NCBI GenBank assembly: GCA_007130045.1
Contig: SLTG01000041.1
Coordinates: 641-64,640 of the forward strand
From: Opitutales bacterium
GTDB taxonomy: Bacteria; Verrucomicrobiota; Verrucomicrobiia; Opitutales; T3Sed10-336
Reading direction: 5' to 3'
Length of the DNA: 64,000 nucleotides
Below the pieces are notes generated by a model. That model saw only the letters and a program-made list of their open reading frames with translations, was not told where the DNA came from and did no database searches. Made by a program: the position numbers and the translations under genes. Positions 43,183-52,319 of the stretch are shown one piece after another; positions within the stretch are counted from its first letter, which is position 1; every line of letters starts with the position of its first letter.

Positions 43183-44463
43183 CTAAACCCCATCGGACCG
43201 ATCGTTCAGTTCGGCGAAGAGAAACAATCCCTTCAGGACATCGATCGCCGTCCGCAACTGGCGATCCTCGATCGGTTCAAATCCGAAACGCTCCATGAAC
43301 TCCGCAGGCTCCAGATCGGGCCGGCTGCGCTGTTGCAGCAACCGCGCCTCTTCCTCGATCGAAATGTCCACCACGATGTCCGGCACCACGCCTTTTTCGT
43401 GAATACTGACCCCCGCCGGAGTATAGTACCGGGCGGAAGTGTAGCGCAGCGCGTCCCCGCCTCGCAAAGGCTCAATGCTCTGTACGGACCCTTTCCCGAA
43501 TGACGTTTCACCGACGATTACCGCGCGTCGGCTGTCCCGAAGCGCGCCGGCAACGATTTCCGATGCGCTCGCGGATCCGGAATTGACCAGAATAACGATC
43601 GGATAGTCCCGGGGCCGTGCGGCATTGCGCGCCCGGATGTCCTGACGCCTTTCCTTGTCCCGGCCCTGCGTGTACACCACGAGTTCTCCTCGCTCGAAGA
43701 AGAGGCCGGCGACATCCACCGACGCCGAAAGCAATCCTCCCGGGTTGTTGCGGAGATCGAGAATGAGTCCGCGCATCTCCTCCGCCTCCAGGCTCTTGAT
43801 CGCCGCTTCGAATTCCGCCCCTGTCCGTTCGCCGAACTGCGTCAGCCGAATGTATCCGACCCCGTCTTCAATCAGACCCACGTCGCGAACGCTCTCCAGT
43901 TCGATGATCTCGCGCACGACACGCACTTCGATCGTCTCCTCGGTCTTCGGCCTGAACAACGTCAGATCCACCGCGGCGCCGGGCTCTCCGCGCAACAACT
44001 CCACCATCTGATCGGTGGAGTGGTCCTCCGTGCTTGTCCCATCGACGCGAACAATCTGATCCCCTGGGAGAATTCCCGCCGCTTCGCCCGGCGTATTCGC
44101 GATCGGCGCTACGACGGTCACCCTGTTGTCGCGCATCTCGATCTGGATGCCGATTCCGCCGTACTGCTGCTGGGTTTCCTCCTGAAGCTTGGTGAACCGT
44201 TCCTTCGAAAGGTACTGCGAATACGGATCCAGAGAGCCGAGCATGCCGTCCAGGGCCGCCTGCATCAGCTTGTCGTAGGAAGCGGCGTTTTCGTCCACAT
44301 AGTTTTCATGGATAATGCGCATGACCTGCCCGAAGTGGGAAATACTGGAATAATATTCTCCGCTGAACGAAGTTGTCCGCCGCTGTGAAAGCTGATAGGC
44401 TCCGAAAATCAGATTCGCCAGCACGAGAAAGAGAACGAAGAAGAACAGATTGCGTTTGATCAT
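43183..44463 (-). CDS. S41 family carboxy-terminal processing peptidase
   Basis: ATG at 44463 (MIKRNLFFFVLFLVL). PDZ domain (GIGIQIEMRDNRVTVVAPIANTPGEAAG), catalytic NSGSASASEI and SFGKGSVQ. Confidence 0.93.
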   Translation of the reverse strand: MIKRNLFFFVLFLVLANLIFGAYQLSQRRTTSFSGEYYSSISHFGQVMRIIHENYVDENAASYDKLMQAALDGMLGSLDPYSQYLSKERFTKLQEETQQQYGGIGIQIEMRDNRVTVVAPIANTPGEAAGILPGDQIVRVDGTSTEDHSTDQMVELLRGEPGAAVDLTLFRPKTEETIEVRVVREIIELESVRDVGLIEDGVGYIRLTQFGERTGAEFEAAIKSLEAEEMRGLILDLRNNPGGLLSASVDVAGLFFERGELVVYTQGRDKERRQDIRARNAARPRDYPIVILVNSGSASASEIVAGALRDSRRAVIVGETSFGKGSVQSIEPLRGGDALRYTSARYYTPAGVSIHEKGVVPDIVVDISIEEEARLLQQRSRPDLEPAEFMERFGFEPIEDRQLRTAIDVLKGLFLFAELNDRSDGV

Positions 44464-44606
44464 AATCGTTAACGTAATGAAATTGAAGCGCAGTGAAGCG
44501 CCCGGATTTGCGGGATGCAAGTTCACATCGAGGGCGGTTCCGGCATCGGTTGTCCATTTAACGAATAAACTTTATACATACTGAGAATGCGCGCGCTGTC
44601 AAAGCT

Positions 44607-45656
44607 ATGAAACGCGGTCACGTCAGATCGGATCGCGCCGGACCGGGCGCGGCCGGAGCGTCGCCACTGGAAAGAGCCTTGGCCGGAGGGATACGCGAAC
44701 GGGGTCCGATCTCCCTGGCTGAGTTCATGGAAACCGCACTGTACCATCCCGAGCACGGATACTACCAAGCCGAACGCCAACGGATCGGACTGAACGCATC
44801 CTCGGATTTTTTCACCGCTTACGCAGCGGGCGACGTCTTCGCCGAGCTCGTTACGACCGCCGCTCTCCGTTTGCTCGAAGAGGCGCCCCCCGAACTTCTT
44901 GAATGGGTCGAGATTGGCGCCGAACGCGGCCGCTCTCTCTGGAAAACCGCTCCAAAACCGTTTCGAAGCCTCCGTTCCCTCGCGCTGGGCGACAATTTGA
45001 GAATCCCTCCGGAAGCGGTGGTTTTCTCAAACGAACTCTTCGACGCCCGCCCTTTTCACCGGGTACGTTTCACTCACGGAGGATGGAAGGAGACCGGGGT
45101 CGGGATCGAGGGAAGCCGATTCGTCGAAACCGTTTTGGAGGAACCCACCGCGGCTGTCGAAGCGCTGAGGGACCGGCTGCCCCCGGCGCCGCCGCCGAAC
45201 TCCGTTCTCGACCTGCCTGCCGGCGCCGTTTCGCTGCTCGAACGGATCGTATCGCAGCGCTGGCAAGGGCTGTTCGTCGCCTTCGATTACGGCAAGCGGT
45301 GGGAGGAACTCATTCACGAACATCCTCACGGCACCCTTCGCGCGTATTCGCGGCACCGGCAGAACCCGGATATTCTCGCCCGGCCCGGACAACAGGATAT
45401 CACCGGACATATCTGCTGGGACTGGATGGTCGATGTCCTGTCCGCCCACGGTTTTCATCACATCAACCTCGACAGTCAGGAGTCCTTTTTCGTCAAATAC
45501 GCCGCGCCGGCAATCGAAAGAATCATTCAACGCCGTCCCGGGCTCCCCGATCCGGCTCGTCAACGCCTTCAGCAGTTGATTCATCCGGCAAACATGGGCC
45601 GAAAATTTCAGGTGCTTTCGGCCCGCAGGAATTCAGGGGGAATGGCACTCGATTGA
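44607..45656 (+). CDS. SAM-dependent methyltransferase, MidA/NDUFAF7 (DUF185) family
   Basis: PISLAEFMETALYHPEHGYY N-terminal signature. NELFDARPFHRV and FDYG motifs. Confidence 0.85.
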   Translation: MKRGHVRSDRAGPGAAGASPLERALAGGIRERGPISLAEFMETALYHPEHGYYQAERQRIGLNASSDFFTAYAAGDVFAELVTTAALRLLEEAPPELLEWVEIGAERGRSLWKTAPKPFRSLRSLALGDNLRIPPEAVVFSNELFDARPFHRVRFTHGGWKETGVGIEGSRFVETVLEEPTAAVEALRDRLPPAPPPNSVLDLPAGAVSLLERIVSQRWQGLFVAFDYGKRWEELIHEHPHGTLRAYSRHRQNPDILARPGQQDITGHICWDWMVDVLSAHGFHHINLDSQESFFVKYAAPAIERIIQRRPGLPDPARQRLQQLIHPANMGRKFQVLSARRNSGGMALD

Positions 45657-45911
45657 TGTGCTGGATCGAAGTAGCTTAGGCTTCCAGCCCGAGACAACAC
45701 TCCGGAAGCGTTTTCCACTTTGGGCTTGGAATAGGTCGCGGAATGCGCTCTGTCTTGGACCTCGTGGCACGGGTCGCCTCAAACACGATCGCGCCCTGCC
45801 GGACGACCGTCCGGTTGAGCATCCGTGCGGCCCTTCCAAACTCCCCGGAAAAAAACTTGCGCTCCCTCATACGGGGGTTTAATTCTTGCCCTTTTAAATC
45901 GTTTCAGAACC

Positions 45912-46142
45912 ATGGCCAGAATTTGTCAGATCACCGGAAAGCGCCCGACAAGGGGCAGTATTATCCACCGCAAGGGACAGAGCAAGAAAAGCGGCGGAAT
46001 CGGCACCCACATTACGAAGGTGACCAAACGCACGTTTCGTCCGAATCTTCAGCGTGTCCGCGTCCGCCTGCCCAACGGTCAGGTGAAACGGATGCTGGTC
46101 TCGGTTAAAGCGATCAAGGCGGGCAAAATCACCAAAGCGTAG
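45912..46142 (+). CDS. rpmB: 50S ribosomal protein L28
   Basis: ATG at 45912. MARICQITGKRPTRGSIIHRKG...RTFRPNLQRVRVRLPNG. Confidence 0.95.
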   Translation: MARICQITGKRPTRGSIIHRKGQSKKSGGIGTHITKVTKRTFRPNLQRVRVRLPNGQVKRMLVSVKAIKAGKITKA

Positions 46143-46187
46143 AACGAAGCCGTTTTCGTGCGGATCCACCCCGAACTTCACAACGGG

Positions 46188-47765
46188 CTATCGGTCCTCC
46201 CTGTCGTCGTCGGTGTCCGCACCGGCGAATCGCCGGATCATGGCTTCGACATCCTCCCGCCCTTCCACTCTCAGGATCCAAACGAGCACCCCGTAAATCC
46301 CGACCGACGCGGGTATTACCAGAGCGATCGCCAGGATTTCGGGCAGGCGGCCGTCGAGCCCGATCGAATTCAACAGGTGCATCGCGAGAATCACAGCCAG
46401 ACTCATTCCGGCGGCGGCGGCGCAGATTTTCACCAGAGTCCGCCACTGACCGAAAAACGCCACCCCGTGTATCCTCCGGGCAAACCTGACCTGGAGGAGG
46501 TTGGTCTGGACAATGACGGACAGCAGGTTCGCCAGTGCCAGCCCCAGAATCCCCAGGACCTGCATCAATGTCAGGCTGAGGATCAGATTCACGAGGAACC
46601 CGATGCCCGCGATCTTTACGGGTGTGCGAATATCCTTAAGGGAATAGAATCCGCGCGTCAGGTGCGCGGCGAGAGAATAGAAAGGCAGGCTGAGTGCGAA
46701 CACGGTCAGAACCGGCAGGGTTTCCGCGGTATCTTTCGCCCCGAACGCGCCCCATTGGAAAAGACAGACCAGGATCGGTTCGCGCATCAGGATGATTCCG
46801 GCCGACGCGGGGATCGTAATCACGAGAATCAGTCCGACGCCCTTCCTGTAAGCCGCGGCAAGGTTTTCGTAGTCCCCACGAACGGCGTACCGGGACATCA
46901 ATGGAAACACAACGGTCGTCACCGCGATCGTGAAAATTCCCAACGGCAACTCCATGAGCCGGTTCGCCAGGTAGAGAATCGCCACCGCCGACTCGTCGAG
47001 TGTGAACGCCAGCACGCGCGAAACCACGACGTTAACCTGAAAAATCGCCGCTCCCGCCAGGCCCGGCACCATAAGCGCCGAAATTTCGCGCACCCGCGGC
47101 GACAACGCCGTGTCGGGCCTGGGCGCCCACCCTTCGCGGATCAATGCCCAGGCGGGGATTGCCACCTGGAGCATGCCCCCCACCAGCACCCCGGAGCATA
47201 AGAAGTACATTTTTCCCTCGGGGGTATCCGAAAGAAAACCGCCCGCAAGACCGAGAAAACCGATCATCGAAAGGTTCAGCCACACGGCCGACAGGGCAGG
47301 CACCGCGAAATGGTCGAGCACGTTCAGCGCCGCCGCCAGGGCCGCCGCCAGGCAGATGAAAAGCATGTATGGAAATAGAATCCGGCTCAGCTCGGCACCG
47401 AGATACCACCGTTCGGTCAGTCCGGGTATCCGGTCGACTCCATAAAACAGTCCGATCCCGATCCCCACCAGAATCGCGGAGACCAGCATGAGCCAGGTGA
47501 GCACTTTGTTCAGCAGTTCGAATCCGCCCCGTTTCTGATTCTGCTCCAACTCCTCGCTGAGAACCGGCACGAGAGCTGCTGTTAACGCACCCTCGCCGAG
47601 CAAACGGCGAAAGAGATTGGGAAGCGTGAATGCAAAGATGAACGCCGAATTCAGAACCGATGTTCCAAAAACCGCAAAGATCAGGATATCGCGTCCGAGA
47701 CCGAGAATCCGGGAAAGGATTGTGGCCGCCGAAACGATGCCGATTCGCTCAAGACTTTTGGACAT
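46188..47765 (-). CDS. murJ: Lipid II flippase MurJ (MviN)
   Basis: 525 aa polytopic protein. N-terminal SAATILSRILGLGRDILIFAVFG and FTLPNLFRRLLGEGAL. Confidence 0.93.
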   Translation of the reverse strand: MSKSLERIGIVSAATILSRILGLGRDILIFAVFGTSVLNSAFIFAFTLPNLFRRLLGEGALTAALVPVLSEELEQNQKRGGFELLNKVLTWLMLVSAILVGIGIGLFYGVDRIPGLTERWYLGAELSRILFPYMLFICLAAALAAALNVLDHFAVPALSAVWLNLSMIGFLGLAGGFLSDTPEGKMYFLCSGVLVGGMLQVAIPAWALIREGWAPRPDTALSPRVREISALMVPGLAGAAIFQVNVVVSRVLAFTLDESAVAILYLANRLMELPLGIFTIAVTTVVFPLMSRYAVRGDYENLAAAYRKGVGLILVITIPASAGIILMREPILVCLFQWGAFGAKDTAETLPVLTVFALSLPFYSLAAHLTRGFYSLKDIRTPVKIAGIGFLVNLILSLTLMQVLGILGLALANLLSVIVQTNLLQVRFARRIHGVAFFGQWRTLVKICAAAAGMSLAVILAMHLLNSIGLDGRLPEILAIALVIPASVGIYGVLVWILRVEGREDVEAMIRRFAGADTDDDREDR

Positions 47766-47897
47766 AAGGCATTTACCCGGGCTCCTTTATGGCAGTGGAT
47801 TTTCAATTAACAAACCTTTCTTGAGGGTTGCGGTTCGCCAGTATCGAGCTCAATAATGCTGACTCGCAACGACTGAAATATCAGAATTTTCACCAAG

Positions 47898-48941
47898 ATG
47901 GCACTCATAGAACGACTTAGCGCAAAACTCCAAAGGCATCCGAAACGGATTGTCTTCGCCGAAGGGGCCGATCCGAGGATACTTCAGGCCGCACGGCTAT
48001 TCACCAGCAGGAAGATGGGTGTTCCCGTCCTTCTTGGCGACCGGACCGCGATCAAGGAGAACGCGGCGATGCTGGACATCAACCTTGACGGAATTCGCAT
48101 CATCGAACCGGAACGAAGCGAGGATTTCGAGGATTTCATCAAGCGGCTGGAAGCGTTCCACCGCTATAAACAACTGAAAATCGACGAGGCGCGCGAGGCG
48201 GTCAAGGATCCGAGCACCTTCGCGACGTTGATGCTGGCGACGAACCGGGTGGATGCGCTGGTCTCCGGCGCGACCGCCACCGCGTCGAGCGCCCTTCGCC
48301 CGCTTTTTCGCATCATTTCCCGGCAGTATGCGGTCAAGACGGCTTCGTCGATGCTCATCCTCGACCAGGCTGAAAAGAAAATCGGGATCGACGGGGTGCT
48401 CTTCCTCGCCGATTGCGGCGTGATTCCCGAACCCGACGCCGATCAGTTGAGCGACATCGCGATCACCACGGCAAAGATCGCGTACCACCTGACCAACGAA
48501 ACCCCGCGAATCGCCATGTTGAGCTTTTCCAGCAAGAACTCAAACGCCTACCACACGACCATTATCAAGGTGCGCGCGGCGACCGAGCTTGCCCGCCTGA
48601 AGGCGAAGTCCGTGGATATCCCGATGGAGATCGACGGTGAAATGCAGGTTGACGCCGCGCTCGACGCGGAAGCGGCAAAGACCAAGAACATAGGCGGCTC
48701 GGTTTCCGGACGCGCCAACGTGCTGATCTTCCCCGACCTCAACAGCGGAAACATCGCCTCCAAGCTCGTCCAGATCATCGCTCAAACGAATATGTACGGC
48801 CAGATCCTCACCGGATTGACCAAGCCGGCGGCGGAGATCAGTCGAGGATCGAGCGCTCATGACGTATTCGGGGCGGCCGCCATCGTCGGCTGCCAGGCGA
48901 TCGATCACCGGCTTCTTTACGGAGATCGGGAAGGTGCATGA
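47898..48941 (+). CDS. pta: Phosphate acetyltransferase, catalytic PTA_PTB domain only
   Basis: RIVFAEGADPRILQAA, DALVSGATATAS, LFLADCGV, NVLIFPDLNSGNIASKL. 347 aa. Confidence 0.88.
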   Translation: MALIERLSAKLQRHPKRIVFAEGADPRILQAARLFTSRKMGVPVLLGDRTAIKENAAMLDINLDGIRIIEPERSEDFEDFIKRLEAFHRYKQLKIDEAREAVKDPSTFATLMLATNRVDALVSGATATASSALRPLFRIISRQYAVKTASSMLILDQAEKKIGIDGVLFLADCGVIPEPDADQLSDIAITTAKIAYHLTNETPRIAMLSFSSKNSNAYHTTIIKVRAATELARLKAKSVDIPMEIDGEMQVDAALDAEAAKTKNIGGSVSGRANVLIFPDLNSGNIASKLVQIIAQTNMYGQILTGLTKPAAEISRGSSAHDVFGAAAIVGCQAIDHRLLYGDREGA

Positions 48942-50110
48942 TGCCCGAGTCGAAGAATTCCACTCAGGTCCCGGCGGAAGACGGATCCCGCGTTTTGTCG
49001 AAACCGGTCAACCGGCAAACCAAGCGAATTTATGTTGCGGCCACGCGGCAGAACGCCGGGAAAACCACAACCTGCCTCGGTCTCTACTCCGCCCTTCAAA
49101 ACATTTACCCGCGCATCGGTTTTATCAAACCCATCGGCCAGCGGTTCGTCGAAGTTCACGGTCACAGAGTCGATGAGGATTCCTTTCTTCTCGACGCGGT
49201 GTACCACGTGCAGGTGCCGATCGATTCAATGAGTCCGATCGCAATCGACAACAAGTTTACGCGCCGGTACCTCAAGGATCCCCAACGAAGCAACCCTCTT
49301 CTCGTGGACAGGATCTGCCGGGCGTTCGACCGGGTCTCCTGGGAAAAGGACGCGACCATTATCGAAGGCACGGGCCACGCCGGAGTCGGATCGGTCTTCG
49401 ACCTGTCCAACGCGAAAGTCGCGCGACTGCTCGACGCCAAAGTCATCATTGTCTCCCGGGGAGGAATCGGCAATCCCGTCGATGAGATTTCCATGAACAA
49501 GGCGCTCTTCGACAAGGAAGGCGTCGAGATCGTCGGCGCCATCCTTAACAAGGTGAATCCTGAGAAGATCGACACCGTCAGGGAGTACGCGGGCCTGGGA
49601 CTCAAACGCCTGGGCGTGCCGCTTATCGGTGTTTTACCCGTGCAGAAAACCCTTGCCGCCCCCAACCTTTCACAGGTGGCCGAAGAGATCGACGGGCGCT
49701 GGCTCAACGGAAAATCCTTTGGCGCGGGCGAACGCATCTTCCGTTTCATTGTGGCCACAATGGCCGCCAAGAGCATGTTCGGGTACCTGAGTCCCGGCAC
49801 CATCATCATCACCGCCGCGGACCGCGACGACATCCTTCTGGCGGCCATCGCGCAGGCGGCGATCTCGGGCGACCGCGTCATTTCCGGAATCATTCTTCCT
49901 CGGGATGTGATGCCACATCCCAAGCTGATGGAGTTGCTCGTTCAAACCAACATTCCGGTTATCGTATCGAGTGAGGGAAGTTTCGATATCGCCTCCAAGA
50001 TCAACGGAATGACGATCAAGACCCAGCCCCAGGATCACGACAAAATTCCGTTGATCGAGCAATTGATCCGTGAGCACATCGACATCGAAAGCCTCGCCCG
50101 CAACTTCTGA
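48938..50110 (+). CDS. P-loop (CobQ/BioD-like) + DRTGG domain protein, equivalent to the N-terminal regulatory half of class II Pta
   Basis: ATGA overlap with the pta stop. P-loop is ATRQNAGKTTTCLGL. Also IIEGTGHAGVGS and VIIVSRGGIGNPVDE. DRTGG-like PGTIIITAADRDDILLAAIAQA...IPVIVS. Collinear by eye with E. coli Pta residues about 1-350. Confidence 0.8.
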   Translation: MMPESKNSTQVPAEDGSRVLSKPVNRQTKRIYVAATRQNAGKTTTCLGLYSALQNIYPRIGFIKPIGQRFVEVHGHRVDEDSFLLDAVYHVQVPIDSMSPIAIDNKFTRRYLKDPQRSNPLLVDRICRAFDRVSWEKDATIIEGTGHAGVGSVFDLSNAKVARLLDAKVIIVSRGGIGNPVDEISMNKALFDKEGVEIVGAILNKVNPEKIDTVREYAGLGLKRLGVPLIGVLPVQKTLAAPNLSQVAEEIDGRWLNGKSFGAGERIFRFIVATMAAKSMFGYLSPGTIIITAADRDDILLAAIAQAAISGDRVISGIILPRDVMPHPKLMELLVQTNIPVIVSSEGSFDIASKINGMTIKTQPQDHDKIPLIEQLIREHIDIESLARNF

Positions 50111-50162
50111 TCCGAAGCGCGGGGCCGGTTTGAAGATTTCCGGACGGGGTCGAAAGGGAATG

Positions 50163-50191
50163 TTGACAGGGTGCGGCTTCGATCGATTAAT
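50163..50191 (+). promoter_or_regulatory. Candidate sigma70-type promoter for efp
   Basis: TTGACA (50163-50168), a 17-nt spacer, then ATTAAT (50186-50191), 15 nt upstream of the efp ATG. Consensus match only; PVC promoter rules are not well known to me. Confidence 0.3.
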
Positions 50192-50206
50192 GTTCGGATT
50201 TTCATT

Positions 50207-50767
50207 ATGGCGAAAGCAACCGAACTCAGAAAAGGCAAGGTAATCAATTACAACGGCGCCCCTCACCAGGTGATGGAGATGCAGCATCGAACGCAGGGCC
50301 GCGGGCAGGGCTGGGTTCAGGCGACCATGCGGAATCTCGACACGCGGGCGAGCACCGTTGTGAAATTCGGGTCCACCGACACCGTCGAATTTCTGATGAC
50401 GGAGAACCAACGGCTGGAATTCAGCTACGAGGACGGAGACCGGTACGTTTTCATGGACCCTGAAAGCTTCGAAAGCACCGAGATTTCCAGCGACATCATT
50501 ACCCCAGACGTTCGAAAGTACCTCGTTCCGAACAAAGAGTACGATTTTCTCCTTATCGAAGGAAAACCGGTCGAGCTTGTTCTTCCCGCATCGATCGACC
50601 TGAAAGTGGTGGAGTCGCCGGAAGGCGTTCGCGGGGACACCGCGACGAACGTACAGAAACCCGCGACCACCGAGACCGGACTCACCGTCCAGGTGCCCCT
50701 CTTCATCAAGGAAGGCGAAGTCATCAAGGTCGGCACCGCAGACGGCTCCTATATGGGCCGGGCGTAG
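50207..50767 (+). CDS. efp: Elongation factor P (Arg at the tip of the modification loop)
   Basis: ATG at 50207. Three-domain EF-P with ...EMQHRTQGRGQGWV... where E. coli has ..FVKPGKGQAF... The C-terminal part (GDTATNVQKPATTETGLTVQVPLFIKEGEVIKV) is canonical. Confidence 0.95.
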   Translation: MAKATELRKGKVINYNGAPHQVMEMQHRTQGRGQGWVQATMRNLDTRASTVVKFGSTDTVEFLMTENQRLEFSYEDGDRYVFMDPESFESTEISSDIITPDVRKYLVPNKEYDFLLIEGKPVELVLPASIDLKVVESPEGVRGDTATNVQKPATTETGLTVQVPLFIKEGEVIKVGTADGSYMGRA

Positions 50768-50778
50768 GGAGCTACGCC
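50761..50778. terminator. Shared hairpin containing both convergent stop codons (efp TAG and phosphorylase TAG)
   Basis: GGCGTAG-GGAG-CTACGCC, a perfect 7-bp stem with a 4-nt loop. The two TAG codons pair with each other. There is no U-tract on either side, so termination function is unproven. Confidence 0.3.
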
Positions 50779-52115
50779 ACGCGTTCGACGACCAGCGGCG
50801 AAGGATTCGGGCGCTTTGGCGCCAGGCGGTAGGCGGTCTTGAAGTATTCGAGCGCCTGTTCGAGCTTTGCTTCGCTGTTGTAATGAATCATCATGAGCGG
50901 CTCACCCTGCTTGACCTGGGTCCCGACCTTCCGAATCTCGGAAACCCCGACGGAATGGTCGATCTTCTTCGTCTTGGCGTCTTTTCCCGCGCCGAGCAGG
51001 CTCACTCCCCGCGCGACCATCGCCGCGTTGATCGTGTGCACGTATCCGCGCTTTGGAGCCGGGAGCTTCCGCACGTGACTGGCCTCGGGGAACTTATCCG
51101 GGTTGTCGATATAACTCGCGTCCCCGCCCTGAGCGACGACCATTTCCTTGAATTTCTCCAACGCCGAGCCGTCCATGATGTGCCGTTGAACCGCCTGCTT
51201 GGCCGAAAGGGTCGAACCGGCCACCCCCGCAAGCCGAACGACTTCCATGCCAAGCTTGAGCACCAACTCCTTCAAATCCGCGGGGCCTTCCCCTTTCAAG
51301 AGTTCGATAGCCTCTTTCACTTCAAGGGCGGTGCCGACCGTATTGCCAAGCGGTTGGTTCATGTCCGTCACCAGCGCCACGCAACGCCGCTTCATTGAAC
51401 GGCCGACGCGGGTCATCGTTCTGGCGAGTTGTTTGGCCTGTTCGACATCCTGGACGAACGCCCCGTTGCCCCATTTAACATCGATGATCAGCCCCTCCGC
51501 GCCCTCGGCAAGTTTCTTGCTGAGCACCCCGGCGGCAATGAGCGGCAGACTCGGAACCGTCCCCGTGGACTGGCGCAGCTCGTAAAGCGTTCTGTCAACC
51601 GGAGATATCTCGTCGGATTGCGCGACGAGGCCGCAGTGGACCTTGCCCAGCTGCTTGACGAATTTATCGATCGAAATATCGCTCCTGAATCCCGGAATCG
51701 CACTCATCTTGTCGAGCGTTCCAATGACGAATTCCTCGTCCGTGCCGACCATCATCGGTACAACGACGCCGCTGGCCGCCGCCAGGGCAACGAGGACCAT
51801 GGATGTCTTGTCTCCCACACCGCCGGTCGAATACTTGTCGATCTTCGGCCGCGTCAGCTTCGAAAGGTCGATCACTTCTCCGGAAAGCATCATCTCTTCA
51901 GTGAGAACGGCGGTTTCCGACGCGGACATTCCCTGGAAGTAAATGGCCATCGCCAACGCCGCCAATTGGTGCTTCGGCATTTCACCGTCCAGCACCGAGT
52001 CGATGATGTAGCGAATCTCTTCCTGATTAAACTCTCCTCCGTCTCTTTTCTTCTCGATAAGGTAAGAAAACGAAGGTCTTACAAAACGACGGTTTGCCAG
52101 AGTTTTTTTTCTCAT
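50772..52115 (-). CDS. Thymidine / pyrimidine-nucleoside phosphorylase
   Basis: ATG at 52115 (MRKKTLANRR). LIEKKRDGGEFNQEEIRYII, KYSTGGVGDKTS, C-terminal alpha/beta domain. Confidence 0.93.
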   Translation of the reverse strand: MRKKTLANRRFVRPSFSYLIEKKRDGGEFNQEEIRYIIDSVLDGEMPKHQLAALAMAIYFQGMSASETAVLTEEMMLSGEVIDLSKLTRPKIDKYSTGGVGDKTSMVLVALAAASGVVVPMMVGTDEEFVIGTLDKMSAIPGFRSDISIDKFVKQLGKVHCGLVAQSDEISPVDRTLYELRQSTGTVPSLPLIAAGVLSKKLAEGAEGLIIDVKWGNGAFVQDVEQAKQLARTMTRVGRSMKRRCVALVTDMNQPLGNTVGTALEVKEAIELLKGEGPADLKELVLKLGMEVVRLAGVAGSTLSAKQAVQRHIMDGSALEKFKEMVVAQGGDASYIDNPDKFPEASHVRKLPAPKRGYVHTINAAMVARGVSLLGAGKDAKTKKIDHSVGVSEIRKVGTQVKQGEPLMMIHYNSEAKLEQALEYFKTAYRLAPKRPNPSPLVVERVA

Positions 52116-52319
52116 AAGTCTTGTTTGGTGGGAGGGCACTCCGAAGACAGGATGCCGCAAACCGTTAAGGATAAAGTTATTAAAGAAGCGATGTCGAGCC
52201 TTTTTTTTGGAAATTTTAACACCGCCGCCGGACGTGATCGATGGGCCTCAAGCTGCTTTCACCGGCATTTTCCAAATTCAGAACTTGCTCTTAAGGATAG
52301 GGTTTCTTCGATTGCATTG

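Noticed and set aside
51429-52319. 297-aa N-terminal extension of the 880-aa ORF that ends as argS
   Set aside because: The extension is antisense to the thymidine phosphorylase gene and has no ArgS-like sequence. ArgS homology begins at the ATG at 52320.
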